From an uncultured Verrucomicrobia subdivision 3 bacterium (GTDB taxonomy: Bacteria; Verrucomicrobiota; Verrucomicrobiia; Limisphaerales; UBA11358): 64,000 bases of DNA. Of the stretch, positions 56,101-63,220 are shown one piece after another; within the stretch, counting starts at the first letter, position 1; every line of letters starts with the position of its first letter. Both the position numbers and the translations under genes were made by a program. The stretch spans positions 11,009 through 75,008 of the forward strand of contig CAJAQO010000286.1 of assembly GCA_903944085.1 (NCBI GenBank), given 5' to 3'. The notes beneath the pieces were generated by a model. That model saw nothing but the letters and a program-made list of their open reading frames with translations. It searched no databases and was not told where the DNA came from.

Positions 56101-57587
56101 CCCCTGACCGCCAGTTGCGCGTCTTTGCCGACGCCGGCGAATATCATCCGCAGCCAGAGTGGTGCGAAAACATTCCGCATCCGGTCGAGCAGACGCGCGG
56201 CCAAACCGGCAGCGGCGATGCCTACAGCCCCGGCTGGTTTGAAATTCCGCTCGCAAAAGGCACCGAGGCAACGCTGGTGCTGACGGCGGAAACGGAGCAA
56301 AGCAAAAGCGGAAAGCGGAAAGCGGAAAGCGGAAAGGCAGAAGCCAATTTTGAAGCGCAACTTGCACGCGCGGCGAAACAATTCGTCGTGCGCCGCGATG
56401 AGGGCAAAACGGTCATCGCCGGCTACCCGTGGTTTCTCGACTGGGGTCGCGATTCGCTGATTTGTGCGCGCGGGCTTTTAGCCGCCGGCATGGTTGACGA
56501 GGTGAGGCAGCTTTTGCTCACGTTCGCCAAATTTGAAAAAGACGGCACGCTGCCCAACACGATTCACGGCAACGACGTTTCCAACCGCGACACGTCGGAT
56601 GCACCGCTGTGGTTCGCGGTCGTGTGCGAAGAAATTTCCAAGATTAAAAATCCGAAATTAAAAACCAAAGATTTTTACGCGACGCTGGTGGATGAAAATG
56701 GCCGCACCCTCCGCGACGTGCTCGCGAGCATCGCCGAAAACTACGCCAAAGGCACGCCGAACGGCATCCGCATGGACGCCGATTCCGCGCTCATCTGGAG
56801 TCCGAGCCATTTCACCTGGATGGACACGAATTTTCCCGCCGGCACGCCGCGCGAAGGTTATCCCGTCGAAATTCAAGTGCTGTGGATTCGCCTGCTGCGG
56901 CTGCTGGCAACTATTTCCGCCAAGACCGATCAAAAGAAATGGCAGGATCTCGCCGAACACGCGCTGGCCTCGTTTGAAAAACTTTTCTGGCTCGAAAATA
57001 AAGGCTGGTTTGCCGACGTGTTGATCGCCAAATCAAATGTCATCGCGCGCGACGCCGCGGCGAGCGATGCATTGCGCAGCAATTGTCTTTTCGCCGTCAG
57101 CCTCGGCCTCGTCACCGGCGAACGCGCGAAACGCTGCGTCGCGGCGGCGCAAAAATATCTCGTCGTGCCGGGCGCGCTGCGCTCGCTCGCACCGCTGCCG
57201 GTGGCCGTGCCGCTGCCGATTTTCAGCAACGACGGACGGCTGATCAACAATCCGCCGGAGCCGTATTGGCCGCGTTACGAAGGCGATGAGGACACGCGCC
57301 GCAAGCCCGCGTATCACAACGGCACGGCGTGGACGTGGACGTTTCCCAGCTTTTGTGAGGCGATCGTGCGTGCATGGGATTTTTCGCCGGCAGCCGTGGT
57401 GGCGGCAAAAGCGCATTTAGTCAGCGCGGAAAAAATTCTGAATGAAGGCTGCCTCGGACAAATCCCGGAAATTCTCGACGGCGACGCGCCGCACACGCAG
57501 CGCGGCTGCGATGCGCAGGCGTGGGGTGTGACCGAAACGCTACGCGTGTGGAAAATGTTGAATTCGCACGCTGCGCAGGCAAAATGA
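53169..57587 (+). CDS. bifunctional-looking GH13 alpha-amylase-family domain + glycogen-debranching amylo-alpha-1,6-glucosidase (GDE_N/GDE_C) fusion
   Basis: GH13 regions: FIDIVINHTG, DGFRCDAGYK, FLLEGLG and YSETHDND. The central part LLTNGIGGMARL ... DRHVLV is GDE_N-like. The C-terminal part is GYPWFLDWGRDSLICARGLL ... YHNGTAWTWTFPSF ... CDAQAWG (GDE_C). The ORF is open from 53004; ATG 53169 is preferred. It contains five translated repeat insertions. Confidence 0.8.
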   Translation: MSPVTGERLVRFIGDKILFSINAGRNFAAPKNWRARLRTNLGRAAARRQEIISAHAGRAVVANSSWRDVPMQPTAEGWAIELPLAEVGYFQAKAYLLDEKNWQHWPDGADAGISVHPNFARTANTLYCAFTRLFGATKNLAATADEKLDTQLKSLEAQGYATLPPSGKFRDLTRQLPFIVNQLGCRIIHLLPVHPTPTTYARFGRFGSPYAALDLTAVDPALVEFDQCTTGIDQFCELTYAAHSLGARVFIDIVINHTGWGSSLQENHPEFFLKNPDGSFASPGAWGTVWEDLVELEQHSVKLWDLIADSLLVWCRRGVDGFRCDAGYKIPAPAWQYIVARVQEEFPETIFLLEGLGGSWDATELLLTEGGMQWAYSELFQNYSGKEVAWYLDYASRQNERVGSYVNYSETHDNDRLAKKGRAWSLLRNRLCALTSPSGGFGFTCGVEWLATEKIKVHGNTGLNWDAAENIVPELAQLNQLVADHPCFFDGARLTRLSAPDSPVYALLRESAEGKDFVLILVNTELENPNALTLEVSAFHFPLSAFAFDLLGQPLPKISATKNEIAFTLPPGAVFCLAPTEKPAGLSGDNYRRVRAQAAWALESLNKIVAAETIDGLDWLWLAAQVESSPKNFLAAASEFAAREAKTSLADLLAEVSAGKVFPRVVEWTLLDARRVTLVPPGHWLLIEDSAPFRAELRSQKPEVRSQNETAVTCHIQSIAVGDRHIATFAPRDTTAESNLIVERYATTSPKVSAAIRFLSANPQSAIRNPQSGDLVLLTNGIGGMARLCVDLGRINSKYDCALGANLNPAVPVDRHVLVKRIRAWVNADGFLSPLDFKNLASFQPGSPAVWNFVANAGDGRTVEIELRAEMLDGKNTTVFYFRRPTEKLAQGKQLPADADVRLTVRVDIEDRNFHSETKRNSGADFHFASNCHPIGSSRREEAHSKKAQGGRQKAEINLSLVTSAATELLTGFIFTPAPDRQLRVFADAGEYHPQPEWCENIPHPVEQTRGQTGSGDAYSPGWFEIPLAKGTEATLVLTAETEQSKSGKRKAESGKAEANFEAQLARAAKQFVVRRDEGKTVIAGYPWFLDWGRDSLICARGLLAAGMVDEVRQLLLTFAKFEKDGTLPNTIHGNDVSNRDTSDAPLWFAVVCEEISKIKNPKLKTKDFYATLVDENGRTLRDVLASIAENYAKGTPNGIRMDADSALIWSPSHFTWMDTNFPAGTPREGYPVEIQVLWIRLLRLLATISAKTDQKKWQDLAEHALASFEKLFWLENKGWFADVLIAKSNVIARDAAASDALRSNCLFAVSLGLVTGERAKRCVAAAQKYLVVPGALRSLAPLPVAVPLPIFSNDGRLINNPPEPYWPRYEGDEDTRRKPAYHNGTAWTWTFPSFCEAIVRAWDFSPAAVVAAKAHLVSAEKILNEGCLGQIPEILDGDAPHTQRGCDAQAWGVTETLRVWKMLNSHAAQAK
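54775..54816. repeat. in-frame heptamer array (TTTCCGC-type, 6 units)
   Basis: tttccgc tttccac tttccgc tttccgc ttttgcg tttgatt, translated as VSAFHFPLSAFAFD. Confidence 0.85.
55261..55295. repeat. in-frame heptamer array (GAAGTCA-type, 5 units)
   Basis: gaagtca gaagcca gaagtca gaagtca gaatgaa, translated as RSQKPEVRSQNE. Confidence 0.85.
55451..55485. repeat. in-frame heptamer array (CAATCCG)x5
   Basis: Five perfect copies of caatccg, translated as ANPQSAIRNPQSG. Confidence 0.9.
55975..56068. repeat. 94-nt in-frame palindromic element: 25-nt terminal inverted repeats around an (AAGGCGG)x4 array
   Basis: The left arm gtagcagccgacgtgaggaggctca (55975-55999) and the right arm tgagcctcgtcacctcggctgctac (56044-56068) are complementary at 23/25 positions. 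Inside lies aaggcgc aaggcgg aaggcag aaggcgg (56007-56034). Translated as SSRREEAHSKKAQGGRQKAEINLSLVTSAAT. Confidence 0.85.
56305..56339. repeat. in-frame heptamer array (AAAGCGG)x4 plus degenerate unit
   Basis: aaagcgg x4 then aaaggca, translated as KSGKRKAESGKA. Confidence 0.9.
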
Positions 57588-57591
57588 CGGG

Positions 57592-58077
57592 ATGAATTTC
57601 CGCAGTAAAATCATCGCGTGGGATCAGTTGCCAGCGTGGCGAAAAAGTTTTCGCGCGAGCGGCAGAAAACTCGTCGTCACCAACGGCTGCTTCGACATTT
57701 TGCATCTGGGCCACGTCACCTACCTGGAAGACGCGCGCAACCGTGGCGACGCGCTGCTCATCGGCGTCAACAGCGACGCGGCGGTGCGCGGCTTGAAAGG
57801 CGCGGGCCGGCCGGTGAATTCGGAGACGGACCGCGCCTCGGTGCTGGCCGCGCTGCAAAGCGTGGACGGTGTCTGCATTTTCACCGACACGACGGCGACG
57901 AAATTTCTCGCCGCCGCGCAGCCGGATATTTACGTCAAGGGCGGCGATTACACTTTGGAGACGTTGAATCAGGACGAGCGGCGCGCGGTGGAATCGACGG
58001 GTGGAAAAATTGTGCTCGTGCCGTTCGTGCCGGGCAAATCCACCACGGGGCTGCTGGAAAAAATTTCACGCCTGTGA
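57592..58077 (+). CDS. hldC: D-glycero-beta-D-manno-heptose 1-phosphate adenylyltransferase (RfaE domain II-like cytidylyltransferase)
   Basis: KLVVTNGCFDILHLGHVTYLEDAR ... LLIGVNSDAAVRGLKG..RPVNSE.DRA.VLAAL..VD.V.IF. Confidence 0.85.
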   Translation: MNFRSKIIAWDQLPAWRKSFRASGRKLVVTNGCFDILHLGHVTYLEDARNRGDALLIGVNSDAAVRGLKGAGRPVNSETDRASVLAALQSVDGVCIFTDTTATKFLAAAQPDIYVKGGDYTLETLNQDERRAVESTGGKIVLVPFVPGKSTTGLLEKISRL

Positions 58078-59138
58078 AAATCCTGGTCATCTCCCTCGCG
58101 GGCATCGGCGACACGCTGATCGCCACGCCGCTCATCCACGAGTTGCGCACCAATTTTCCCGACGCGACCATTGATGTGCTGACGAAAGAAGCCGGCGGCC
58201 GGGATTTGCTGGAAAGCAACCCGTGCGTCAACCGCGTCATCTACAAAAATTTGATGCAGTGCGGCACGTTGGAGACGCTGCGGTTTCTCTGGTCGCTGCG
58301 GCGCGAGCGTTACCAGCTTTCCGTCAATACTCATCCGCAAAGCCGCATTCATTACCGCGCTGCGGCCTTCATTGTGGGCGCGCAGGTGCGAATCAGCCAT
58401 GAATACGAATGTTTCACCTGGCTGGACCGCTGGCTGATCACCGGCACGCTGCCGCAGGATTACGCGCGCCATTCGATCGAAAATAATTTTGACGTGCTGC
58501 CCTTGATTGGCGCGAATAAAAAAATGGCGGCGCATGAAATGGAATTCTTTCTGACGCCGTCGGAAGAACGCTTCGCAGAAGATTTTTTGGTGAAGCACCG
58601 ACTGGTCGGACAGAAAATCCTGGGAATCCACGTCGGTTCCGGCGGCACCAAAAATCTGAGGCTGAAACGCTGGCCCTTAAAAAATTACGCCGGACTGGTG
58701 CGACAATTGAACAAGGAACGACCGGACATCCGCGTCTTGCTTTTCGGCGGACCGGAGGAGGCAAAAGACCATGAAATCATTCTGGCGCAGGCGAACCGCG
58801 AGCTGACGCTGGAGGCGAAGACGAAAAATCTGCGCGAGACGGCGGCGCTGATGAAGCGTTGCAGCGCGTTTTTGAGCGTGGACACGGCGCTGATGCACAT
58901 CGCGGCGGCGATGAAGGTGCCGAATCAAATTGTCATCGAAGCGCCGACGTTGAATGTGACGAACTGGCCTTACGGAAATAATTTCACGCTCGTGAAAAAT
59001 CCGGTGGTGAATGGGCGCGGCCTGGATTTTTACCGCTACGACGGCGGCGACATCAAAGGCACGCGCGAGGAATTGCTCGCCTGCATGGAATCGGTGAAAG
59101 TTCCGGATGTTTTTGCGACCGTGACGAAATTGATTTGA
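58074..59138 (+). CDS. glycosyltransferase family 9 (LPS heptosyltransferase-like)
   Basis: VKILVISLAGIGDTLIATPLIHEL ... KRWPLKNYAGL ... LFGGPEE ... FLSVDTALMHIAAA. GTG start overlaps the hldC stop (GTGA). The upstream part of the 506-aa track ORF is rejected. Confidence 0.8.
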   Translation: MKILVISLAGIGDTLIATPLIHELRTNFPDATIDVLTKEAGGRDLLESNPCVNRVIYKNLMQCGTLETLRFLWSLRRERYQLSVNTHPQSRIHYRAAAFIVGAQVRISHEYECFTWLDRWLITGTLPQDYARHSIENNFDVLPLIGANKKMAAHEMEFFLTPSEERFAEDFLVKHRLVGQKILGIHVGSGGTKNLRLKRWPLKNYAGLVRQLNKERPDIRVLLFGGPEEAKDHEIILAQANRELTLEAKTKNLRETAALMKRCSAFLSVDTALMHIAAAMKVPNQIVIEAPTLNVTNWPYGNNFTLVKNPVVNGRGLDFYRYDGGDIKGTREELLACMESVKVPDVFATVTKLI

Positions 59139-59861
59139 TCAGAGCGAAAAGCCTGCCGCTTTGGCGTCGTTGGCGAACATCTTCACGGTGTCGAGCGAAA
59201 GTTCGTCCAAATCCATGCCGGCCATTTTGATTGCTTTGGCCAGAATATCGTGTGGCACGGTGACAATGTGCGAACCACAGTCGTTCGCCTGAAAAATGTT
59301 CAGCACTTCGCGCACGCTGGCCCAGAGGAGTTCGGCGTGCGGCAAATCTTTCAAAACGGTTTTGCTCTGGGCCATGATGGCCACCGGATCAACGCCCGTG
59401 TCCGCGATGCGGCCGGCAAAAACGGAAACGACGGCCGGAACATTTGGGTTCAAAGCCTCAGTTACGCCCTCAACCTGGGCCAGGGAGAGAATCGCCGTGA
59501 CGTTTAATTTCACGCCTTCCTTCGCCAGTTCCTTGATGAGCGGCAGCGACGATTCTTTGCGCGTGTTGGTGATGGGGATTTTGACGTAAACATTTTTCCC
59601 CCAGCCATTGATCTTCAAACCTTGGCGCTTCATTTCGGAAAACTCGTCGGAAAACACTTCGAGCGACAGCGGCTTGACGGTGATGGTTTGCAGCACGTCC
59701 CGCGCGAACGCCTCGAAATCCGTCAGGCCGGCCTTGCGCATCAGCGTCGGGTTCGTGGTCAAACCTTGGATGAGCGGATTGGCATTCAATTCCAACATGC
59801 CTTTTTTGTCGGCGCCGTCGGCAAAAATTTTCACCGACAAATCTTTCAGGGTTCGCTTCAT
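59139..59861 (-). CDS. transaldolase / fructose-6-phosphate-aldolase family protein
   Basis: VKIFADGADKKGM ... IQGLTTNPTLM ... NVYVKIPITN (Schiff-base Lys) ... LNVTAI ... SVFAGRI. Confidence 0.8.
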   Translation of the reverse strand: MKRTLKDLSVKIFADGADKKGMLELNANPLIQGLTTNPTLMRKAGLTDFEAFARDVLQTITVKPLSLEVFSDEFSEMKRQGLKINGWGKNVYVKIPITNTRKESSLPLIKELAKEGVKLNVTAILSLAQVEGVTEALNPNVPAVVSVFAGRIADTGVDPVAIMAQSKTVLKDLPHAELLWASVREVLNIFQANDCGSHIVTVPHDILAKAIKMAGMDLDELSLDTVKMFANDAKAAGFSL

Positions 59862-59865
59862 AAAA

Positions 59866-60405
59866 TTATTTGTTCGTTTGGGCCAAGATAATGTCAGCCG
59901 CCTCGCCCAGATTGCGAGCGGAAAAATCAGGTTTCTGCTTCAACTCCTCGGCATACCCACGATCAATAAAAATTGTTTTACAGTCCGCCGCATGGCCGCA
60001 ATCCACATCGCGCCAGCGGTCGCCGACCATCCAGCTTTGCGCGAGATCAATGCCAAGTTCACGCGCGGCGCGCAGCAACATGCCGGGTTTGGGTTTGCGG
60101 CAATCGCAGTCGGACAAACCTTTGCCGGCGTGAAAACAAACTTCGACGCGATCAATCGGCAGTTGCGCCAGCATGTGCGCGTGAATTTTTTCGACGACTT
60201 CCTGCTTCAATGTGCCACGGCCGACATCCGGCTGGTTCGTGGCCACCACCAATAAAAATCCGGCGGCTTTCAGTTTGGCACACGCGGCGGGAACTTCGGG
60301 AAGAATTTCAAATTCGGCGAGGCTCGTCGGCGGATATGGCTTGGATTCCTTTTCCAACGCACGATTAATCACACCATCGCGATCGAGAAAAACCGCGCGA
60401 CGCAT
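59866..60405 (-). CDS. gmhB: D-glycero-D-manno-heptose 1,7-bisphosphate phosphatase (HAD-IIIA)
   Basis: MRRAVFLDRDGVIN, VVATNQPDVGRG, CDCRKPKPGML and MVGDRWRDVDCG. The track ORF extends to 60570 through the repeat and into gmhA; ATG 60405 is preferred. Confidence 0.85.
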   Translation of the reverse strand: MRRAVFLDRDGVINRALEKESKPYPPTSLAEFEILPEVPAACAKLKAAGFLLVVATNQPDVGRGTLKQEVVEKIHAHMLAQLPIDRVEVCFHAGKGLSDCDCRKPKPGMLLRAARELGIDLAQSWMVGDRWRDVDCGHAADCKTIFIDRGYAEELKQKPDFSARNLGEAADIILAQTNK

Positions 60406-60434
60406 TTCCGCTTTCCGCTTTCCGCTTTCCGCTT
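60405..60434. repeat. solo heptamer array (TTTCCGC)x4 filling the whole gmhA-gmhB spacer
   Basis: The coding strand reads TAA-aa-gcggaaa-gcggaaa-gcggaaa-gcggaaA-TG. The array runs from the gmhA stop directly into the gmhB ATG. Confidence 0.9.
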
Positions 60435-61031
60435 TTACTTCGTGCTTTCCCATTTGGTCTGGGCAACTTTCAATTTCGGATGCGACACGAACAAATGCCA
60501 GATGACGCCTTGAAACGCCTCGCTGTGCGGCGTGACGTGCGTGGGATTCACCGTCGGGACGATTACGCACGCGGTCGCCTGCTGCGCCGTGTAACCGCCA
60601 TCGCGGCCGACGATGCCGACCACCGAGGCCCCGACCGATTTGGCCACCTGAATCGCGCTGACGAGATTGGGGCTGACATTTTTTTCAAGGTTGCCGCCGC
60701 CAACCGAAAAAATCAGGAGTCCGTCCTGCGCATTGATGCGACTGCCCTTCAACCATTCGGAAAAAACCGTCGCCCAGCCTTCGTCATTCGTGCGCGCCGT
60801 GAGTTCGGAAACATTGTCCGTGGGCGCGTAAGCCTCAAAGCCGCAGATTTTGCGGAAATCATTCACCGCATGGCCGGCGTTGCCTGCGCTGCCGCCCACG
60901 CCGAGGATGAACAGCCGTCCGCCGCGCGCGCGGATGGCGGCCAGTTCGTCCGCGCATTTTTCAATGGCCGCTTCGTCGAGTTGGGCCGTGATCTGCTGCG
61001 CTTCGGCGAGAAATTGTCTGGTAAAACTCAT
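60435..61031 (-). CDS. gmhA: SIS-domain sedoheptulose-7-phosphate isomerase
   Basis: RLFILGVGGSAGNAGHAVNDF ... LLIFSVGGG ... VVGIVGRDGG; context with gmhB, hddA and hddC. Confidence 0.8.
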   Translation of the reverse strand: MSFTRQFLAEAQQITAQLDEAAIEKCADELAAIRARGGRLFILGVGGSAGNAGHAVNDFRKICGFEAYAPTDNVSELTARTNDEGWATVFSEWLKGSRINAQDGLLIFSVGGGNLEKNVSPNLVSAIQVAKSVGASVVGIVGRDGGYTAQQATACVIVPTVNPTHVTPHSEAFQGVIWHLFVSHPKLKVAQTKWESTK

Positions 61032-61076
61032 GGAAATTTCAAATTACGAATTTTTAATGCCGATTGAAAGCAGAGT

Positions 61077-61787
61077 TTATCGCGGCTTCAAAATTGTTTC
61101 CAACTCCGCCAAACCCGCCGGCGAACCCATTTCGTAAAATCGCTCCAGCACTTCGTAGCCGGCCAGTTGCTTTTCGCGGACGAGCCGGCCCATGACTTCG
61201 GCGAGATCAAAAACCTGGTCGGCGGCATACGCATCAAACACCGACGACTTGAACAGGCTCAAGCCGTAGTCAATGTGCCGCATTTCGGGTAGCTTCTGTT
61301 TTTTGTCGTAGATTTTTATTTCGCCGTCGGCAAAAACCACATTGCTCGCGTCATATTTGCCGTCATTGCGATAAACCGTCATTAGGCCGAGCTTGCCGCT
61401 GCGATGAAAGGTTTCCGCGACGGGCGCGTAAGGAATCGGCAGATACGAATCGCCGTAGAGAATAAAAAACTCTTCGCCCAGCTTGGGCAGCGCGCGCTTG
61501 ATCGCGCCGCCGGTGCCGAGCAATTTTTCGCCGTCGAAGGAATAATCGAGCTGGATGCCGAACGCTTCGTTGCCAAATTCGCGCTGAATCATTTCGCCAA
61601 GAAAGCCGATGCACAAAACGACGCGGCGAATGCCGCGCGCGTGGAGCATTTCCAATTGGTGCGCGAGAAACGGCCGCCCCGCGACCGGCACAAGCGACTT
61701 GGGAATTTTTTCCGTGATGGGCCGCAACCGCGTGGCGAGTCCGCCCGCGAGAATGGCGACGGGAATGTTTTCCTGCGTGACGCTCAC
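61077..61787 (-). CDS. hddC: sugar-1-phosphate nucleotidyltransferase (D-glycero-alpha-D-manno-heptose-1-P guanylyltransferase-like)
   Basis: VAILAGGLATRLRPITEKIPKSLVPVAGRPFL. GTG start overlaps the hddA stop (GTGA). Confidence 0.75.
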   Translation of the reverse strand: MSVTQENIPVAILAGGLATRLRPITEKIPKSLVPVAGRPFLAHQLEMLHARGIRRVVLCIGFLGEMIQREFGNEAFGIQLDYSFDGEKLLGTGGAIKRALPKLGEEFFILYGDSYLPIPYAPVAETFHRSGKLGLMTVYRNDGKYDASNVVFADGEIKIYDKKQKLPEMRHIDYGLSLFKSSVFDAYAADQVFDLAEVMGRLVREKQLAGYEVLERFYEMGSPAGLAELETILKPR

Positions 61788-62764
61788 GAGATCACCAGTT
61801 TCGTGCCCTCGAAATCAAATCGGAAGCGCACTTCCTTCAAACCGCTTTGGCGCATCGCGTGACGCAGCTTCGCCTTGGCTTCCGCGTAAAACATCAGGAA
61901 GCCGCCACCGCCCGCGCCGATGAGCTTGCCGCCGAGCGCGCCGTTGGCCAGCGCGAGGTCATACCATTCGTTAATTTTCGGATTGCTCATGCCGCCGCTG
62001 CGCTGTTTTTTGCGCTGCCAGTGGACATCCATCAGCCGCGCGAATTCGTGCAGATTGCCCGATTCCAGCGCGGCTTTGCTTTGCAGACCGAGATCCTTGA
62101 CGAAGTGCAAATTCTCAATCATGGACTTGTCGTCCGCTTTGGATTTGGTGTCCTGTTCCTTCAGAATCGCCGAGGCGCTGCGCGAATAGCCGGTGAAAAA
62201 CAACAGCAGATTATCTTCCAGATTGTCGCGCGTCTCATCGGAAACTTTCAGCGGCCACGCCTCCACTTTTCCGCCTGGCAAAAAGTTGAAGCACGTCAAA
62301 CCGCCGAACGCGGCGATGTATTGGTCCTGCTTGCCGATGGGTTCGTGCAGGCGGTTCAATTCGATGTCGCACGCTTGTTCGGCGAGTTCGGCGGGATGAA
62401 TGAGATCCTTTTTTTGCGCGTGCAAGGCTTTCAGCAACGCCGTCGTGAAACTGCCGGAAGAACCCAGACCGGTGCCGGACGGGATGTCCGCCATCGAGGT
62501 CAGCTCCAGCCCTTGCCCGTCGAGGCCAACGAGATCAAATGCCTCACGAATGATGGGATGCTCGACCTTGGCGGCGCTTTCGACCCGCTCCAGCCGCGAG
62601 TATTTGACAATCAGGTCAGGCGTGAAGTTTTCGTGCAACGTGATGTAAACGTAGCGGTCAATCGCCCCGGCGATGAGAAAGCCGCCGAACTTTTCGTAAT
62701 ACGACGGCAAATCCGTGCCGCCGCCGCCGAGCGAAATGCGCAAGGGTGAACGGGCAATGATCAT
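61784..62764 (-). CDS. hddA: GHMP-family sugar kinase (D-glycero-alpha-D-manno-heptose-7-P kinase-like)
   Basis: MIIARSPLRISLGGGGTDLPSYY ... DIPSGTGLGSSGSFT ... GKLIGAGGGGFLMF. Confidence 0.8.
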   Translation of the reverse strand: MIIARSPLRISLGGGGTDLPSYYEKFGGFLIAGAIDRYVYITLHENFTPDLIVKYSRLERVESAAKVEHPIIREAFDLVGLDGQGLELTSMADIPSGTGLGSSGSFTTALLKALHAQKKDLIHPAELAEQACDIELNRLHEPIGKQDQYIAAFGGLTCFNFLPGGKVEAWPLKVSDETRDNLEDNLLLFFTGYSRSASAILKEQDTKSKADDKSMIENLHFVKDLGLQSKAALESGNLHEFARLMDVHWQRKKQRSGGMSNPKINEWYDLALANGALGGKLIGAGGGGFLMFYAEAKAKLRHAMRQSGLKEVRFRFDFEGTKLVIS

Positions 62765-62768
62765 AAGC

Positions 62769-63220
62769 AAAAGCGGAAAGCGGAAAGCGGAAAGCGGAAA
62801 CTCCCGCGACTACGGTTAAATTTCGTTCTCATAAAATTTTCTTCGTTTTGCGGCCAATGGTAATCAAAATTGCCAGTAATTGACCAGACTCGTCCAGCAG
62901 TTCAGCGATTTGTGCTTCAGATCCAAGACCAGTATCCTGGCAAATTTCCAACCAATAAACCGTCTCGGCGGCTTCCTTTTCCGCCACACCGATTTTGTGA
63001 ACGAAATCGCTTTTGGATTCGGTGCGATTCGCTTCTCGGTAGTTTGCCCCGATTGAAGTGCCAGCCTTAAGCAATTGCCGTCCGATAATTTGTCCCTCGG
63101 CGTTTTTGGGAAAAGCCGCAACCGTTTTGACCACTTGCACGGCAAACTTTCGCGTCCGTTCTTCCAATTCGGTTCGCATACAAATTCAATTTCCGCTTTC
63201 CGCTTTCCGCTTTCCGCTTT
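62769..63220 (-). mobile_element. 452-bp cassette: four-helix-bundle gene bounded by a perfect 31-nt inverted repeat made of GCGGAAA heptamers
   Basis: aaagcggaaagcggaaagcggaaagcggaaa (62770-62800) is the exact reverse complement of tttccgctttccgctttccgctttccgcttt (63190-63220). It sits between the oxidoreductase 3' end and the hddA ATG. No transposase is present. Confidence 0.45.
62829..63179 (-). CDS. four-helix-bundle protein (23S rRNA intervening-sequence protein family)
   Basis: MRTELEERTRKFAVQVVKTVAAFP ... GRQLLKAGTSIGANYREANRTESKSDFVHKIGVAEKEAAETVYWLEI, the same signature as the 45182 gene. Confidence 0.85.
   Translation of the reverse strand: MRTELEERTRKFAVQVVKTVAAFPKNAEGQIIGRQLLKAGTSIGANYREANRTESKSDFVHKIGVAEKEAAETVYWLEICQDTGLGSEAQIAELLDESGQLLAILITIGRKTKKIL

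Noticed and set aside
57618-58073. The 5' 152 codons of the 506-aa track ORF 57618-59138
   Set aside because: This part overlaps hldC in another frame and is Arg/Gly/Ala-rich. GT9 homology starts at VKILVISLAGIGDTL, with GTG 58074 overlapping the hldC stop.
59866-60570. Full-length 234-aa reading of the gmhB ORF
   Set aside because: The first 55 codons read through the heptamer array and into the 3' end of gmhA in another frame. HAD motif I (FLDRDG) follows directly after Met56, so the start was set at 60405.
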